DNA from: Selaginella moellendorffii
Taxonomy: Eukaryota; Plantae; Lycopodiophyta
DNA: 64,000 nucleotides
Reading direction: 5' to 3'
Assembly (NCBI RefSeq): GCF_000143415.4
Contig: NW_003314262.1
Coordinates: 4,440,349 to 4,504,348 of the forward strand
Part shown: one piece after another, positions 1 to 13,078 of the stretch
Numbering within the stretch: the stretch's first letter is position 1
How the letters are laid out: every line of letters starts with the position of its first letter
Made by a program: the position numbers and the translations under genes
Notes under the pieces: generated by a model
Told to the model about the DNA's origin: nothing
What the model saw: only the letters and a program-made list of their open reading frames with translations
Database searches by the model: none

Positions 1-1009
1 CGTGATATGTCACACGTGGTATATAACACGTGGCATATGGAGGGTTTAGGTTTTGCTTCGTAGTGTTATCCTATGGTAAATCATCATAGGATAAAGGGTA
101 AAAACCACATGCACTACAATTGAAAACTTCATTTAATTGTGCATTTATCCACAGATGCTTGGAGCAAGAGAATGTGTTAGCAATTAATAGCTTGCTTAAG
201 AAAGTGGCTTGGGCATATGCTAAATTATGTTGGCACCACTCCAAAAGTTTTAATATGTCACAATGATGTAAAGTTTCAATTATATCTTTTAAATTACATG
301 TCAGATTTAAATAATCTCTACTGTTGTTAAAAAGTATTTATCCAGTGCAAGTATTTGTTGCAAAGAATGGCAATGGTGTGTAGAGAAAATAGTGAGGGAT
401 CTAGTAATGTGATAGTGATGAAAATGATTGTCGCAAATGTAACTATAGGTATTGAAAATTACCTATTAACAAATTATTTCAGATATTATTATCTTACTAT
501 CATGAATTCAAGCTAGTTTGAAAACCAGTCAATAGACCAGAAAAGCATTAAAAAAGGAAATCTTAAACTATCATTTAGTCATGAAGATTTGTGATCATTG
601 CCGAGGAGTGGCATCAATGAATGTAAAAGCCACGATGTTAAGACTTAAAAGCGCTGGTGTCTTCCGTTCCATTTCTTTGGTTTTTAAGCTTGATTTTGGA
701 ATTTGATTGCACCAAAATTTCTAGGGCTACAGTTCACTTAGATCGTGGCATAACGTAGAGAGAATTAAGAGCAGAGGGATTGGATCATGAAGAATTTCTA
801 GCAAGGCTTTATCTCCTGCCAAATCCGTGTTGAATGGTTCGTGGATTCTAGGTGACTTTCCATGGAAACAGTGATTAATGTTCTCATGCACGACGAAAGT
901 TTCTCCTTTGGCGATTGATGTGATCTCTTCTCTCTCTCTCTTTTTAAAAATTTGTTTTAGAGCATGTTGACGCTATTAAAATGGACATTCGTCTTTTGGG
1001 CGATCGGCC

Positions 1010-3364
1010 ATGGCCGGGGAAGAGTCTCACAGCAGCTTGCAAGGCGGTTCTCTGGAGATCACTCCAACATGGGCATTTGCGCTGGTTTGTGGCGCTTTTA
1101 TTCTCGTGTCATTGCTGCTGGAGCGAGCGATTCACTACACTGGCAAGGTATACATCCAGACGAACTTTGATCGAGGATTGATTGCAATTGGAGTGATTGA
1201 CAGTGGGTACGCAAGCGTCCGGAGAAATCTCTAGACAAAGCTCTTGACAAAGTCAAAGAAGGTTGCGCCAAGTCTATGAATTTTCCCGAGAACTTATCTC
1301 TTCATCTCTCTTGCCTCAGAGCTCATGCTTTTGGGATTTCTTTCTCTTCTGCTAAACGTGCTGCAGCCGTCCATAGCCAAAATCTGTGTGCCACGCAGCT
1401 ACATCAACCATTTTCTTCCCTGTAAGATCAACGCGACTGCGGTGCAATTGCTCGGTGAGAGCCCCAAGAGCAGCCCATCCCCGCCGCACTCAAGGAGGCT
1501 ACTTTTTGTCAATGTAGACGAAGATCACCCGCGAAGATTTCTTGCAGGCGGGGGCAACACAGTCTCGGAGTGCTTCCAAAAGGTTAATTATCAAATTATA
1601 CTATATGGCTATCCAAAAAAAATGTTGCTATTGTTGTTCACCAGGGAAAGATCCCATTCATCTCAGCCGAAAGCATCCATGAGCTCCACATTTTCATCTT
1701 TGTGCTTGCAATTGGCCATGTCGTCTACAGTTGCTTCACATTACTATTAGCCAGGCTCCAGGTTTGAAAGGGTATTTAGATTATCAAGCTCCTAAAAATG
1801 TGGTTTGACATTTTACCCAGGTTCATGCATGGAATGCCTGGGAGAAGAGGGCACAGGCTCTGGTTTGCGAGGATCCACCAGGTATTCTTCGTTTAATATT
1901 ATTAACAGAATTCTTATATTCTTATAAAAATTATTATTACTATTCGTGTTTGACAATGCAGGTGTGGCCTCAAATAGTGGCCTGAAAAGACAGAACACAT
2001 TTTTGAGGAAGCATACCAGTTCAATATGGAACACGTCTTCTACTCTCAGCTGGATCGTAAGTCAAAGCTTAATTTCAATTTTACTTAGTCTTGCCTGGTG
2101 TTCCAGTCCTGTTTCTTTGGACAATTTGGTAGCGGTGTCACCTTCACAGAATACAATACTCTTCGTCAAGGTTTTATCCATGTAAGCAAAGTTTGACGGC
2201 CTCATACAATACTTTCTTTCGTTTTTTTTCTTAGAACCACAGGCTTGCAAACACATTTGACTTTCACAAATACATACTCCGTGTTCTTGAGGACGATTTC
2301 AAGAAGGTAGTTGGCATAAGGTAACGGCAAATATTATGGTTGGCTATCACTTATTATTATGAACAGTTCTCTATTGTGGGTGTTTGTTGTTATATTCGTG
2401 CTACTTAATGTCAATGGTATGAGACTTTTAGTTTGATTGGGCCCTTTAATAAAGCTCTCATTTTGCAGGGTGGTATACGTATTTCTGGATTGGATTCATC
2501 CCTCTTGTGGTATTATAGAGCTGGATTAAGGTAGAATTTTCACGAATAATTCTGCAGCTGCTACTTGTGGTTGGAGCCAAGCTCAAGCATGTAATTCTCA
2601 CGCTGGCTGTCGAGATTGCCGAAGAGCAGAGTGGCGTGAGGTGCGTGGTTGTGAATCTAAGAAACAATTTGTTCTGGTTCAAGAAACCACAGATCATGCT
2701 TTACCTTATTCACTTTATACTCTTCCAGGTAACTGATCATTCCCAAAAAATATTATAAATATGTTCATTGTTTTATTTTTTCAGAATGCATTTGAGCTCG
2801 CTTTCTTCGTCTGGGTTTGGGTCAGTGCCTGTACCTTTGGTGTGCGACATTCTCTAAATTTTTATTTCTTTTTTATTATTTTTTCCCAGACAAGTTTCGG
2901 TTTCGGTTCCTGCTTCAGAAACAAGCTCAGCTTTGTTGTGGCACGCCTTGTTATTGGGTAGGGAAATTTTTGTAAAATCTCTTTTAACTCTTCCTCCTTT
3001 TGCTAGATTTCTCATGTTGGGTCTCAGCAGCTATAGAACTCTGCCACTCTACGCACTAGTAAGCCAGGTATATCATCCAACTTTAACGAGGAACAATTAA
3101 TCTTGTTTAAATTTCTGTTTCAAAAAGATGGGAGACGACTTCAAATTCGGGGAGCAAATCCAGAGCGCTCTCACAAACTTACGTGCAAAAGTCAAGGCCA
3201 CCAAGAAAAAAGGTGGCGGACAATCAAACGCAAGCTCCAACGGCCACCAGCATAGTCCAAGCTCTAACAACCATCAGGAAAGGAGCTCAAATGGACATGA
3301 CCAAAGTTCTCATCAGGAAAGAAGTTTGCAGGATAGTCCCAATGAGATCGTCCACGAACCATAG
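1010..3364 (+). CDS. MLO: MLO family seven-transmembrane protein, multi-exon
   Basis: Exons encode SLEITPTWAFALVC, ELMLLGFLSLLL, ICVP, FDFHKYILRVLEDDFKKVVGI, FWFKKPQIMLYLIHFILFQ, NAFELAFFVW and YRTLPLYALVSQ|MG. They are separated by short GT-AG introns. Confidence 0.95.
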
Positions 3365-3919
3365 ATTTGGACTAAATAACCATTAACGTTTATAGAATCT
3401 TATTTACATGCGAAAACAACTGGTAGATCTGTGTTGGTGGATGAGAAAGGCCATGCAGGTTTGTGGGCACTCTTTATAAACCCCACCCCATTTCCCTCTC
3501 GACAGTGTCGTGTCTCAGTTCATATGTTTTGATCGTTTCTCTCATCCCATGGCAACAATGCTGGTAATTCTCATCGCTATCTTCGTCTTTGCCACTAGAG
3601 AAATCTGAAGATTCAATATATATGAATCGTAAGTAAAATTCAGTTGAATCACGCAATGAAAAATTTCATAACAAATTTCACAATCTAGAGCTAAGCTTAC
3701 GTAGCATGTGACATGTGCCATGCCTACATGGCAGTATTGTGGGAGGAGTAGAACAATCGGTGGATCGTTTGATCAGGCGAGCTGCAAAGATTCTTACCGG
3801 GCAGGCGATCGCGCTACCATGATCGATCGACTGGTGCGGCGGATTGACGAGCGCTCTCAGCCGAGAGAGATAGCAGCAGATTGGAGCAATCGCGTGGATT
3901 GGAGGTGGGGTTCTCATCT

Positions 3920-5760
3920 ATGGCACAGCTCTGGCCTTCCATTCCGATATATGGCACAGGGATCTCGCAATGTCGGCCACGATGTCGTGCGGCCAGCTCC
4001 ATCGCCCGTCACGAATTTCGGTCTAGGACGAGAGTAGGTGCGAGTGAAGATTTTCATTTTCTTTTTCCGACACCTGCATTCGTTTCTATCCGGCTTATGG
4101 GAATTCAGGGACAACAAAGGAGGGAGCTCCAAGAGTTTTCCTCTAAGCAGCAGAGGTCTAGAAGGAAAACTCGTTCTTTCCAAGGCTAAGGCCGGGCAGG
4201 AGAAAAATGGTGGCTTACTGCTGGGGGACCTCTTCGCCAGGTTCCGAGAGTATAGATCAGCTGAAGAGCGAGCGAAAATCCAACGAGGCGCCTGAATTCG
4301 AGTAAAGGAACTTCCAGCGATGAAAGCCACTCGTTCACCACTACTGCTAGCGTGGAGGACGACAAACCAAAGTCCTGGTTCGACAGGATACCAAAGAGAT
4401 GGCAGATTGTAGAATTGTGCTTCTTCACGTTCCTCCTGTGCAACATGGATCGGGGATGGTTTTTGAACTTTCGTTTCTCTTTTTGGATGGAAACTTAACT
4501 GGCTCGACTAGAAAATCTTTGTGGTGTTATAGGTGAATATGAACATAACTATTCTCTCAATGGCTTTCGAGTTCCATTGGAACTTCACCACACTCGGGTT
4601 AGTGCAATTGTCATTCTCTTGGGGATATCTTCTCACACAGGTATCTTGAGTGGAGATTTGACGCTTCTTTCTTGCAGATTGCTGGAGGTGTGTGTGCAGA
4701 CAGCATTGGAGGGAAGGTTTTAGGATTTGGATTTTAGCCAACCTTCTTGGCTGGCGGAGATATCAAAAGGCAGGCAACCACTGGACGCTTCTCCAAGCTC
4801 TCCCAGCCGACGAAAGGCGTCCCTTGACGTCCTGGTGACAATGGCGGAGAACTTTACCAGGCTACTTTTCCTCCTAGGTCGTCACAGCGGACAATGGAGT
4901 GTGTTTTGCTCTCAAGCCCGCGGCCAACTAGTTAAGTCCTTTCGTTTTCCCTTAGAAACTTCTCTGGCTTTGCTAGCTTTTGTGTTAGTCTAGGCCATCT
5001 TTCTCTCGATCTCTCTCTGTTTTATTTTTCTCTTTGGCGTCTGACTTGTGGGATCCACAGGTGTGACTACTCGGTGCTTCAAGCGATCACAACACCCTAC
5101 ATGAGAATAACGTAAGACGACTTTGTTTTTTTCAACTCCACTGACTTCTCTAAAACATGCAGAGATGGAAGTACATTGCAACGACGCAACGAAACCGACG
5201 TAAGCCCCCTTGCTCCTCTTGACTTGTTGCAGAAACTAGCACAAACTTTCCTCCGTCCTTTCTCGTGTTTTACTCTCTCATTTCTCCAGGTTGAACTGAA
5301 TTGCCGGGCCATATGTATATATGCGCTCAATTTTGGCCCTTCGTTGTCGGTTAAGCATTTGCAGCATGGTTTTATGATGTACAGGTGATGCAATCCATTG
5401 GTTTTCTTGGCAACTTAGCCATGTCCATTCGCCTTCTCTGTTCCCATGTAAAATCCTCTCCATATCTCGCTTTAAGTGGAAGTTTGGTTTGATATTTGGT
5501 CTCTTGCAGGGTTGGATGCTTTCTCGCAGTCAGGATTGTATTCCAAGCATCAAGATATTGGCCCTTGCTATGTGGTAAGCAATTAGTCTGGCATATCATA
5601 CTTCTGGTCGGAATTGATACTGAGCTTGTAACAGGGAGTACTCCCTAATACGGCGGGAGTTCTTGCTGGTGTCGGAACTGCTGCAACAGCTTTTCGTCTT
5701 GGTAAGGGTTCCTACTTTTCGTTCCTCTGTTTTAAGCTATTTTTGTTCTCACTGATCTCC
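3920..5760 (+). pseudogene. Degenerate PHT4/ANTR-type (SLC17-like) plastid anion transporter
   Basis: Fragments read IPKRWQIVELCFFTFLLCNMDR, VNMNITILSM, WGYLLTQ|IAGGVCAD, DAFSQSGLYSKHQDIGP and NTAGVLAGVGTAAT. Frameshifts and deletions are present and the middle exons are largely missing. Boundaries are approximate. Confidence 0.75.
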
Positions 5761-6129
5761 AGGAGCAACACATTCAACAAGCAGTGGATCAACCAGACAA
5801 GAGCAGCATGAAGGCAGCCACACCCGAGCAAGCAGTGATCCAGCTCCATCAATAACAGTGGTGCAGCAATTTAGCTTTAGCAAGCAGCAATCTAGCACCA
5901 TCAATAATAGTGGTGTAGCGATCTAACTCCAGCAAGCAGTGCATAATTACCGACAAACGCATTTAGAAATTTAGCATTTGCAAACGCTGCGTTTGTGCTC
6001 GCCTTTGTCGGCCGTTTGCGTTAGTTACTAAAATCTTTAACTAAGTTAAAGAATATTTTTTTCTTTTACCCTTTCGCTGTTCTTGAGCTGAGCGAGCAAT
6101 GCTGAAGAGAGAAGAAGAGCTGTGGAGAA

Positions 6130-8290
6130 GGATTGGGGTAAGGACACCATCCTCGGAAGCATATGATAATGCTCAGCATTGTTGGATTTGTAAGCATTGG
6201 AACAAAGAGTATGGAGGGTCTTTGAAGCGTTGCCAGGCACATTTGGGGTGAATCCCAGGTCACCAAATTGCTTTGTGTGATGAGAACCAGGAAGTTTTTT
6301 GGAAAACTTATCCAGAAGATAACTTGAGAAGAACTTGGTGATAAAGAGCAACTGGAACTAACACCCAAATACCACCTACTACAAGATCAAACACCCAAAT
6401 GTCACATAGGGACATAGGGAGTGGAGGCAGTGGAGCATTTATGGGGCAATCTTCTCAAGGAAGCTCTATATACTTAATTGGAAATGCAACTCTTGATGGC
6501 CATTTGCCTAAACATGCAACTTGTCACAAATGCTGAGTTGGGGCATCTGGGATGCAGAACTCAAATGACTCTCAAACAGTCTTTTGAAAATTAATATCAC
6601 CGAAATGTAAATGAGACTGTGAGGAGGTTCATTTATGCTCATGCTCTTCCCTTTAACATCATTTGTTCACCTTTAGGGAAGACATGGTGGATGCTTTACT
6701 TGTTTCTGGAAAGGGATATAAAGCCACTATGATCAAATATGAAGAATTTTGTGTTTAACATTTGAATGAAGAATGTAAAAGTTTGAGGGAGAGGATGTAG
6801 CTAATCAAAGAAGGATGGAAACATTATGGTTGTAGTATCATCTCGGATGGGTGGCAATGCAGCAGGAAAAGGTAGATTATCAACTTCTTTGTCAAGGTTG
6901 CATGTTCTTAAAATCTGTGGATGCATTAGATGCGATCAAAACTAGTTTATATCTCTATGAGTAATTACAGCCAGTGATTCTAGAAGTTGGACCCAAGAAT
7001 ATTGTCTAACTAGTCAACTAGTCTTCCTATTGCATGGATGGAAATGCAGCAGAAAGAGGTTGATTACCAACTTCTTGGCTGTGGATGCATTAGATGCAAT
7101 CAAGAGTGGTTTATATCTCAATGAGCAGTTATGGCTAGTAATTCTAGAAGTTGGACCCAAGAATGTTGTCCAACTGGTTACAGATAATGCAGCTATTTGC
7201 ATGAGCATGGCCAACTTATGATGGAGGAGTTCCCTCACATCATACATGGTTGTTGTGTTTCCCATGTTCTTGATTTGTTATGCAAAGATATTAACAAACT
7301 TGAATGGGCACAACCATTGATTAGTGGATGTGAAAAATTGGTTACCTTCTTCACAAAGAAACCAAAGCTTCTAACTGCTCTCTAGAAGATTACACCATGG
7401 GATCTTATGAAGCCAACAATAATACAATTTACTTATAGCTACTTGGTTATAAGCCAATTTGTGGATGAGAAAATGCTGCAAGCTATTCAGCAATTTATTG
7501 TCAGTGATGTTTGGCTTGATATGTAGAGCTGTATCTGGAGCAGACAAAGTGGAAGCTTTAGTGAAGAACAATGAGTTTTGGATGCAGTGTTCTGAGCTTC
7601 TTGTGATCATGGCCCCAATTCAAAAGCTGTTAAAAATAATTGATAGAGATGGCATAGGGATGGGCATCATCTTTGAAACTATGGATCAAATACAAGAGAG
7701 CTTGCAGAAATTAATTGATGATGATGTGGTGGACAAGCAGAGAATTGAAGCAGTTAAAGCATTCATATATAGTAATGATCAGTCTAGTCCAAACTATTGG
7801 CTTATGATGCACAATTGTCTACAAAGTGTGGGCCATTGTTTACATCCATTGTTTATGGACATGGAAGAGGATGTCGAAGCTCACAATGATACCCATGCAT
7901 ACTTTGAACAGATTTCAAAGGGGGATTTGAAGCTTGATGAAAAGTTAATGCTTCAATTTCATGATTTCAAGAAAAATTGACCTACAGAGATGAGACTTAA
8001 TCTAGAGTATGGATCTCAACTCCCTAACCTGCAAAAGGTGGCTATACGAGTGCTCAGCCAATGCATTTCAGTTTCTGATGTTGAAAGAAATTGGAGCACT
8101 TGGAGCATTGTCCAGTCTAAGAGAAGAGCTCAATTGCTAGCTGTGAATATAGAAAAGTTAGTGTATTGTTACACTAACTTGAAGCTAGTCCAACTCATAG
8201 AATTGGGAGAAGCTAAGAACTTTTTTAGGCGATAGATGAAAGTGCTGTGGAAGATGAAGTTAACAATGATGATCTGGGACATTCGAATAT
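6130..8290 (+). mobile_element. Decayed hAT transposase remnant
   Basis: SDGW, EVGPKNVVQLVTDNAA, CVSHVLDLLCKDI and a C-terminal dimerisation motif (LQKVAIRVLSQ..SDVERNWS..KRR..LVYCYTNLKL). Many stops. No TIRs identified. Confidence 0.85.
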
Positions 8291-9159
8291 TTAAAAGATG
8301 CTTTTAGAAGCTTTTACATTTCTTTATGGAGCAAAATTCGACAACTTGGGTTTATGCATTTGGGATGTTTGTGAGTTTGCTTGGTAAGTATGAAGCAGTG
8401 ATCCAGCTCAGCAAGCAACGATCCAACTTGATCCAACTCAATTTAGTAACACAGCAGCAAGTAATGATCCAGCTCCATCCAGCAGTGCAGCAGTGCGGCC
8501 ATGAGTAAGAAGCAATCCAGCTCCATGATGCTATCCCAGTGTTTGTAACTGAGCAATGGTTTAGATATCAATTCAACTAAAAATCAAGATTTATTGCTGA
8601 TGTGGCAGTCTATTTTCCATATATGCAGTGATCTTGGTACCACCTGAAAATCAAACATGCCAATGTTAAATCACTTATTACAAATCATACATTGTGAAAC
8701 TATTGTAGTCTCATATTCATGATTCACATGGTAAAATTAATTATAATTGAATCTCTTATGAATTTTTTTTAAAAGAATTTACAAATGTTTCATTTGAATT
8801 TCATTGATCATGAAATTCAGTTTTTCTGTAATGCGCATGCTCACCACCCTCACTCATTCATGCCACTGACGAGGATATGCTCTAGGATGTTTGCATCGCT
8901 GTGTAAGCCCATGGCAGCAGTGGTGGCCAAGGACTTGAAGTGGGGGGTCTTTTCTAGTTACAAAAGAGGTAACCTCAAGCTCAAAATAGTTTCCACAACT
9001 AATGGTGCATGGAAAAAATCATGTACTACACAGGGGCAGTGCTCTACAAAGAAGCAAACCATCGAAACTGTTGCGATCCTGTGGAACGTGTTGGTAAACT
9101 TTTCTTCTGTTTGAAGATGTGAAAAGTGCTGTAAAAAACACTCACTTCCAGATCAACAT

Positions 9160-9970
9160 TGCAGTGCCGGTGGCCGTGGAGTTTCCTAGGTTGCCATATA
9201 CCCGGCCTGGGGAATATATAGGGCTGACGGTAAGTTCAAGCATCCAAAAGGCGGGGGTTTGACAACGTCCCAAGGCATGTTCTATCCAAGACAAGGGATC
9301 AACAGCAGGAAGAGCTGGAAAATGCGATCCAGATCGTTGCTACCGCGGTGCATGATACCGTCGTCGACGACGAATAGACTTCCGCCATCACCTCTCACAA
9401 GATCGCCTCGTCTTATATCGCAGCAGGGCTTCGTATCGACGTCCTGGGCAAAGTTCTCAACTATGACACGGCCACTGCGACCTTCGAGAACGGCGTCTGT
9501 GCCGAGTTCTTCGAATCCAAGTTCCACTCGCTGCTGCTGCATGCTGCATTGTTGCTTCATGCGGTCTGTGACGAAGAACAAAAAAGGCTCGTTCGAACTG
9601 GAAGTCCTTTCTCAAGGCTACGAGCTGAAGCTTTCTCGAGAGTGTGGACCTTACCAGAGACATTGCACCGGAAGAGCTTGATCGCACAGTCAAGCCGAAG
9701 GATGCAGCGACGTGAGCATTTGATCTGCGGGAGCAGAGCTTTCCCGCTGATGGCGTCCGATAAGAGAAGCTGCGAATGTGGCCAACGTCCCGGGTGTATA
9801 AAGGTGGAAGCTTGAAGCTTGTGTTCGCTGTCTCAGTCTTTAGATTCGACGAGTTCACAGTCACTAAGAGGGACAAGATCATGGACGATCATGTCGATAT
9901 CGACGTGAAGAAGGCCTGCTGCTATTTGGGAGGAAGAAACAAGTTGTTTCACTGCCCTCATAACTTTTAG
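9160..9970 (+). pseudogene. Degenerate coding-like fragment of unknown family
   Basis: GC-richer, codon-like stretch broken by stops and frameshifts. No recognisable motif. Confidence 0.3.
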
Positions 9971-10008
9971 ATCTTCCAGCAAAGTACTAGCACTCCACAA
10001 GCTATCCA

Positions 10009-11958
10009 GTGAATGATTCTCGCCACCTTTGGAATGAAAAGGAGATGGAAGCGAGAGAGCTCGTGTCGATGATCCGGAATGGCGGCTTGCAGGAAGCCCA
10101 CGCAAGGATCCAATCCCATCCCCATTGCGCAGGCACTTACCTGTGGAATGTGACGCTCACGGAGCTCGCCAAGAGTGGCCGCCTGATGGAGGCCAAGAGC
10201 TTCTTTGACAATGCGATGCCGATCCACGATACCATCTCGTGGAATGTGATGGTGGTGGGATTTGCCCGGAATGGGCATCTTGCGGACGCCGAGAGAGCCC
10301 ACCGCGAGATGCCACAACCGAGCCTTGTGTCGTCCACGGCAATGATCGTTGCCTACGCGGAGAATTTTCGATTGCAAGACGCTAAGGAGCTCTTCGATCG
10401 ACTGCCGGTGCTGGATCTAATCGCCTGGAACGCGCTCCTAGCAGCACTTGCCCGGGCATGGGATTTCGTGGGCTCGCAGAGGGTGTTTCGATCGATACCC
10501 GAGCTGGATCTCGTGTCCTGGACGACGATGGTGGTCTTGTTCGCGAGATCTGACAAGGCGGCGGTGGCGAAAGAGCTCTTCTCCCGGATGCCCGAGCGGA
10601 ATCTCGTCGCGTACAATGCGATGCTGTCGATAAGCGCGGAGAGAGGCGATCTGGAAGGAGCTTGGTCGATCTTTGCCACGATGCCGGAGAGGAATTTGGT
10701 GTCATGGACGAGCCTGATGGGTTCCTGTGCGGAGGCCGGGGACCTCGATCGCGCAAATGCCCTGTTCCACGAGATGCCCGAGAGAAATCTCGTCTCCTGG
10801 ACAGCGATCCTCAACGCCCACCAGGGAAACCTCGATGCGATGGAGGAGATCTTCGCCCAGATGCCTGCGAGGAATCTAGTTTCCTGGACCGCGATGATCA
10901 GCGCCTACTCCCAGGCCGGGAAGATCGAGAGAGCCAAGAATCTCTTCGAGCGACTGGAGGAGAGAGACCTCGCCTGCTGCAACGCGATGCTGTCCGGCTA
11001 CTCGCGCGGCGGCGATCTCGCCGCGGCCGAGAATCTCCTGGCGAGAATGCCATCGCTGGACCTGATCTCCTGGACCCTTCTCCTCGCCGCGCTCTCCCAA
11101 TCCGGCGCCCTGGAGAGGGCCAAGCGCTGCTTCGATGCCCTGCCGCAGCAAGACATCGCGACGCTCAACACGATGATCGCCGCGCTCGCGCAGTGCGGCC
11201 AGATCGACGCCGCCAAGAACACCTTCGACTCCATGCCCGAGCACAACGCAGTGTCGTGGACGGCCCTGATCACCGGACACACGTACGGCGGAGATCTCCC
11301 CTCGGCCAAGCACGCGTTCGATTCCATGCCCCAGCAAAATCCCACCGCCTGGAACGCCCTGCTCTTCGCGTATGCCCTCAACGGCCATCTCGCGTCCGCG
11401 CTGGACACCTTCCAGCGAATGCCCCACCAACGGACGCACGCCACGTGGGCAGCGCTGCTGACTGGATATGCCCACCACGGGCATAGCGCCCAGGTGGAGA
11501 GCTTGTTCCGCGAGATGGCGATGGTGGAGATGCCCTGCGAGGCCGCGATCACGGCGCTGCTCGTCTCCTACAGCCGCGCTGGGGATTTTCGATCGGGGGG
11601 GAGGCTACTGGCGACCATGGCGGGCGATTTCGAGATCCGGGCGAGCAAGCAGCACTACTGCTGCGTGATCGATCTGTTGGGTCGAGCCGGGCATCTGGAT
11701 TCCGCGATGGAGCTTGTGAGAAGCATGCCGTTTCATCCCAGCCGGCACGACTGGACGTGTGTGATGGCAGCGTGTGGGAGGATCGAGTGCGAACCAGGCG
11801 ATGGAGTCGTCATCCGGGTAGCCGCCAAGCGCTCGCTCGTGGAAGACGACCGACTCGAGATCGATCGAGACGTGGGGATGGGTCAGTGGAGTGGGGGTTA
11901 CGTGTTGCTCGCGAATTCGTACATGCTATCCACAGTGAATCTAAAGGCTCAAACTTGA
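10009..11958 (+). CDS. Pentatricopeptide repeat protein with tandem short (about 31 aa) motifs and a degenerate E-like C-terminus
   Basis: Intronless 649 aa. Repeated MPERNLVSWT motifs, and HYCCVIDLLGRAGHL near the C-terminus. No DYW domain. Confidence 0.93.
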   Translation: MNDSRHLWNEKEMEARELVSMIRNGGLQEAHARIQSHPHCAGTYLWNVTLTELAKSGRLMEAKSFFDNAMPIHDTISWNVMVVGFARNGHLADAERAHREMPQPSLVSSTAMIVAYAENFRLQDAKELFDRLPVLDLIAWNALLAALARAWDFVGSQRVFRSIPELDLVSWTTMVVLFARSDKAAVAKELFSRMPERNLVAYNAMLSISAERGDLEGAWSIFATMPERNLVSWTSLMGSCAEAGDLDRANALFHEMPERNLVSWTAILNAHQGNLDAMEEIFAQMPARNLVSWTAMISAYSQAGKIERAKNLFERLEERDLACCNAMLSGYSRGGDLAAAENLLARMPSLDLISWTLLLAALSQSGALERAKRCFDALPQQDIATLNTMIAALAQCGQIDAAKNTFDSMPEHNAVSWTALITGHTYGGDLPSAKHAFDSMPQQNPTAWNALLFAYALNGHLASALDTFQRMPHQRTHATWAALLTGYAHHGHSAQVESLFREMAMVEMPCEAAITALLVSYSRAGDFRSGGRLLATMAGDFEIRASKQHYCCVIDLLGRAGHLDSAMELVRSMPFHPSRHDWTCVMAACGRIECEPGDGVVIRVAAKRSLVEDDRLEIDRDVGMGQWSGGYVLLANSYMLSTVNLKAQT

Positions 11959-12406
11959 TAGGCTTTTAGAACAGTTCCACTTTCACACTACAGTTCTCTG
12001 TGGGCCACACTAAAGTTCTTCTTTGCAACAGCGACATTCCCAAAGTCTACATTAAAATTCTCCAGCAGAGAAAACAAAGTGACTGTCCTAGACTGAACTT
12101 TCAAAGGGTAGCTAGCATACAGTGTCACTAAATATTATACGTAGTGATCTTCTGGAATGCGAGGAAAAACTTGAAAGAACAGTGTGGAAGAAGATCGAAT
12201 CACTCGTTTGTAGAAAAAGGTGGCTGATAAGTTTGAAACGTATTACATAACTTTGGATTCTGACACGAAGAGTCGCGATTTAGACAGAAAGAGAGGAGCC
12301 AACATTCTAGATGTATAGGTAGTAGGGACACCACATGAAAAACCAACCAGTCACAAAAGTTGGCAGCTTATTGACAAGAGCTTCCAGTCCATGGAGCTTG
12401 TCGATA

Positions 12407-13078
12407 TCAAGTCATCCCGATGAGCTCCCGGAGCTTCTGGAGGAGATGAGCATCGATCTGGAACGCCCTCTCGATGACATCGTCCAGGATGGGCGGGTCC
12501 GAATCAAACACGGCCTTGGCAACCTGGGAAACTCCGGGGTTCTGCGAGTTGAACCCGGCCACCGCCACCGCGGGCTCCTTGTCAATGTTGATCTGGAAGT
12601 GGATCAACCCGCGGGGGAAGACGAAGAGCTCGCCGGGATAGATGGTCTGCGCGAAGAGCTTGTTCTGCGGCGCGGTGGTGACGAAGCCCACGTAGAGCTT
12701 CCCCTCGACGAGGAAGAGGAGCTCGGTGCCCCGGGGGTGGACGTGCGGGGGATTGACACCGCCGGGAGCGTAGTCGAGGCGGGCAAACGAGACGCCCAGC
12801 GTGTTGAGCCCAGAGAAATTGCCAACGTTTGCAGCGGTGACGATGGCGCCGAGCTTGTTGTCGGTGTTGCCCGGGTTCTTGAGGACGCCCGACTTGAAGT
12901 CCTCGGCCACCACCGCGGCGAAGGGCTTGCACCCCACGCCATTGATCGTGGCGGACGTGTTGTCCGCGACGCAAACGTCCTGGAGCATGTCCTCGTCGGC
13001 AGCGAGGATTGGCGTGGGGGCGATCGTCATCGCGAGGAGAAACGCGAGGATGACCACCATGATCGACATTGGTGCCAT
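12407..13078 (-). CDS. Germin-like protein (cupin), secreted
   Basis: Signal peptide, then LQDVCVAD, GLNTLGVS and germin boxes GVNPPHVHPRGTE and VFPRGLIHFQ. ATG at 13078 chosen. Intronless. Confidence 0.96.
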   Translation of the reverse strand: MAPMSIMVVILAFLLAMTIAPTPILAADEDMLQDVCVADNTSATINGVGCKPFAAVVAEDFKSGVLKNPGNTDNKLGAIVTAANVGNFSGLNTLGVSFARLDYAPGGVNPPHVHPRGTELLFLVEGKLYVGFVTTAPQNKLFAQTIYPGELFVFPRGLIHFQINIDKEPAVAVAGFNSQNPGVSQVAKAVFDSDPPILDDVIERAFQIDAHLLQKLRELIGMT

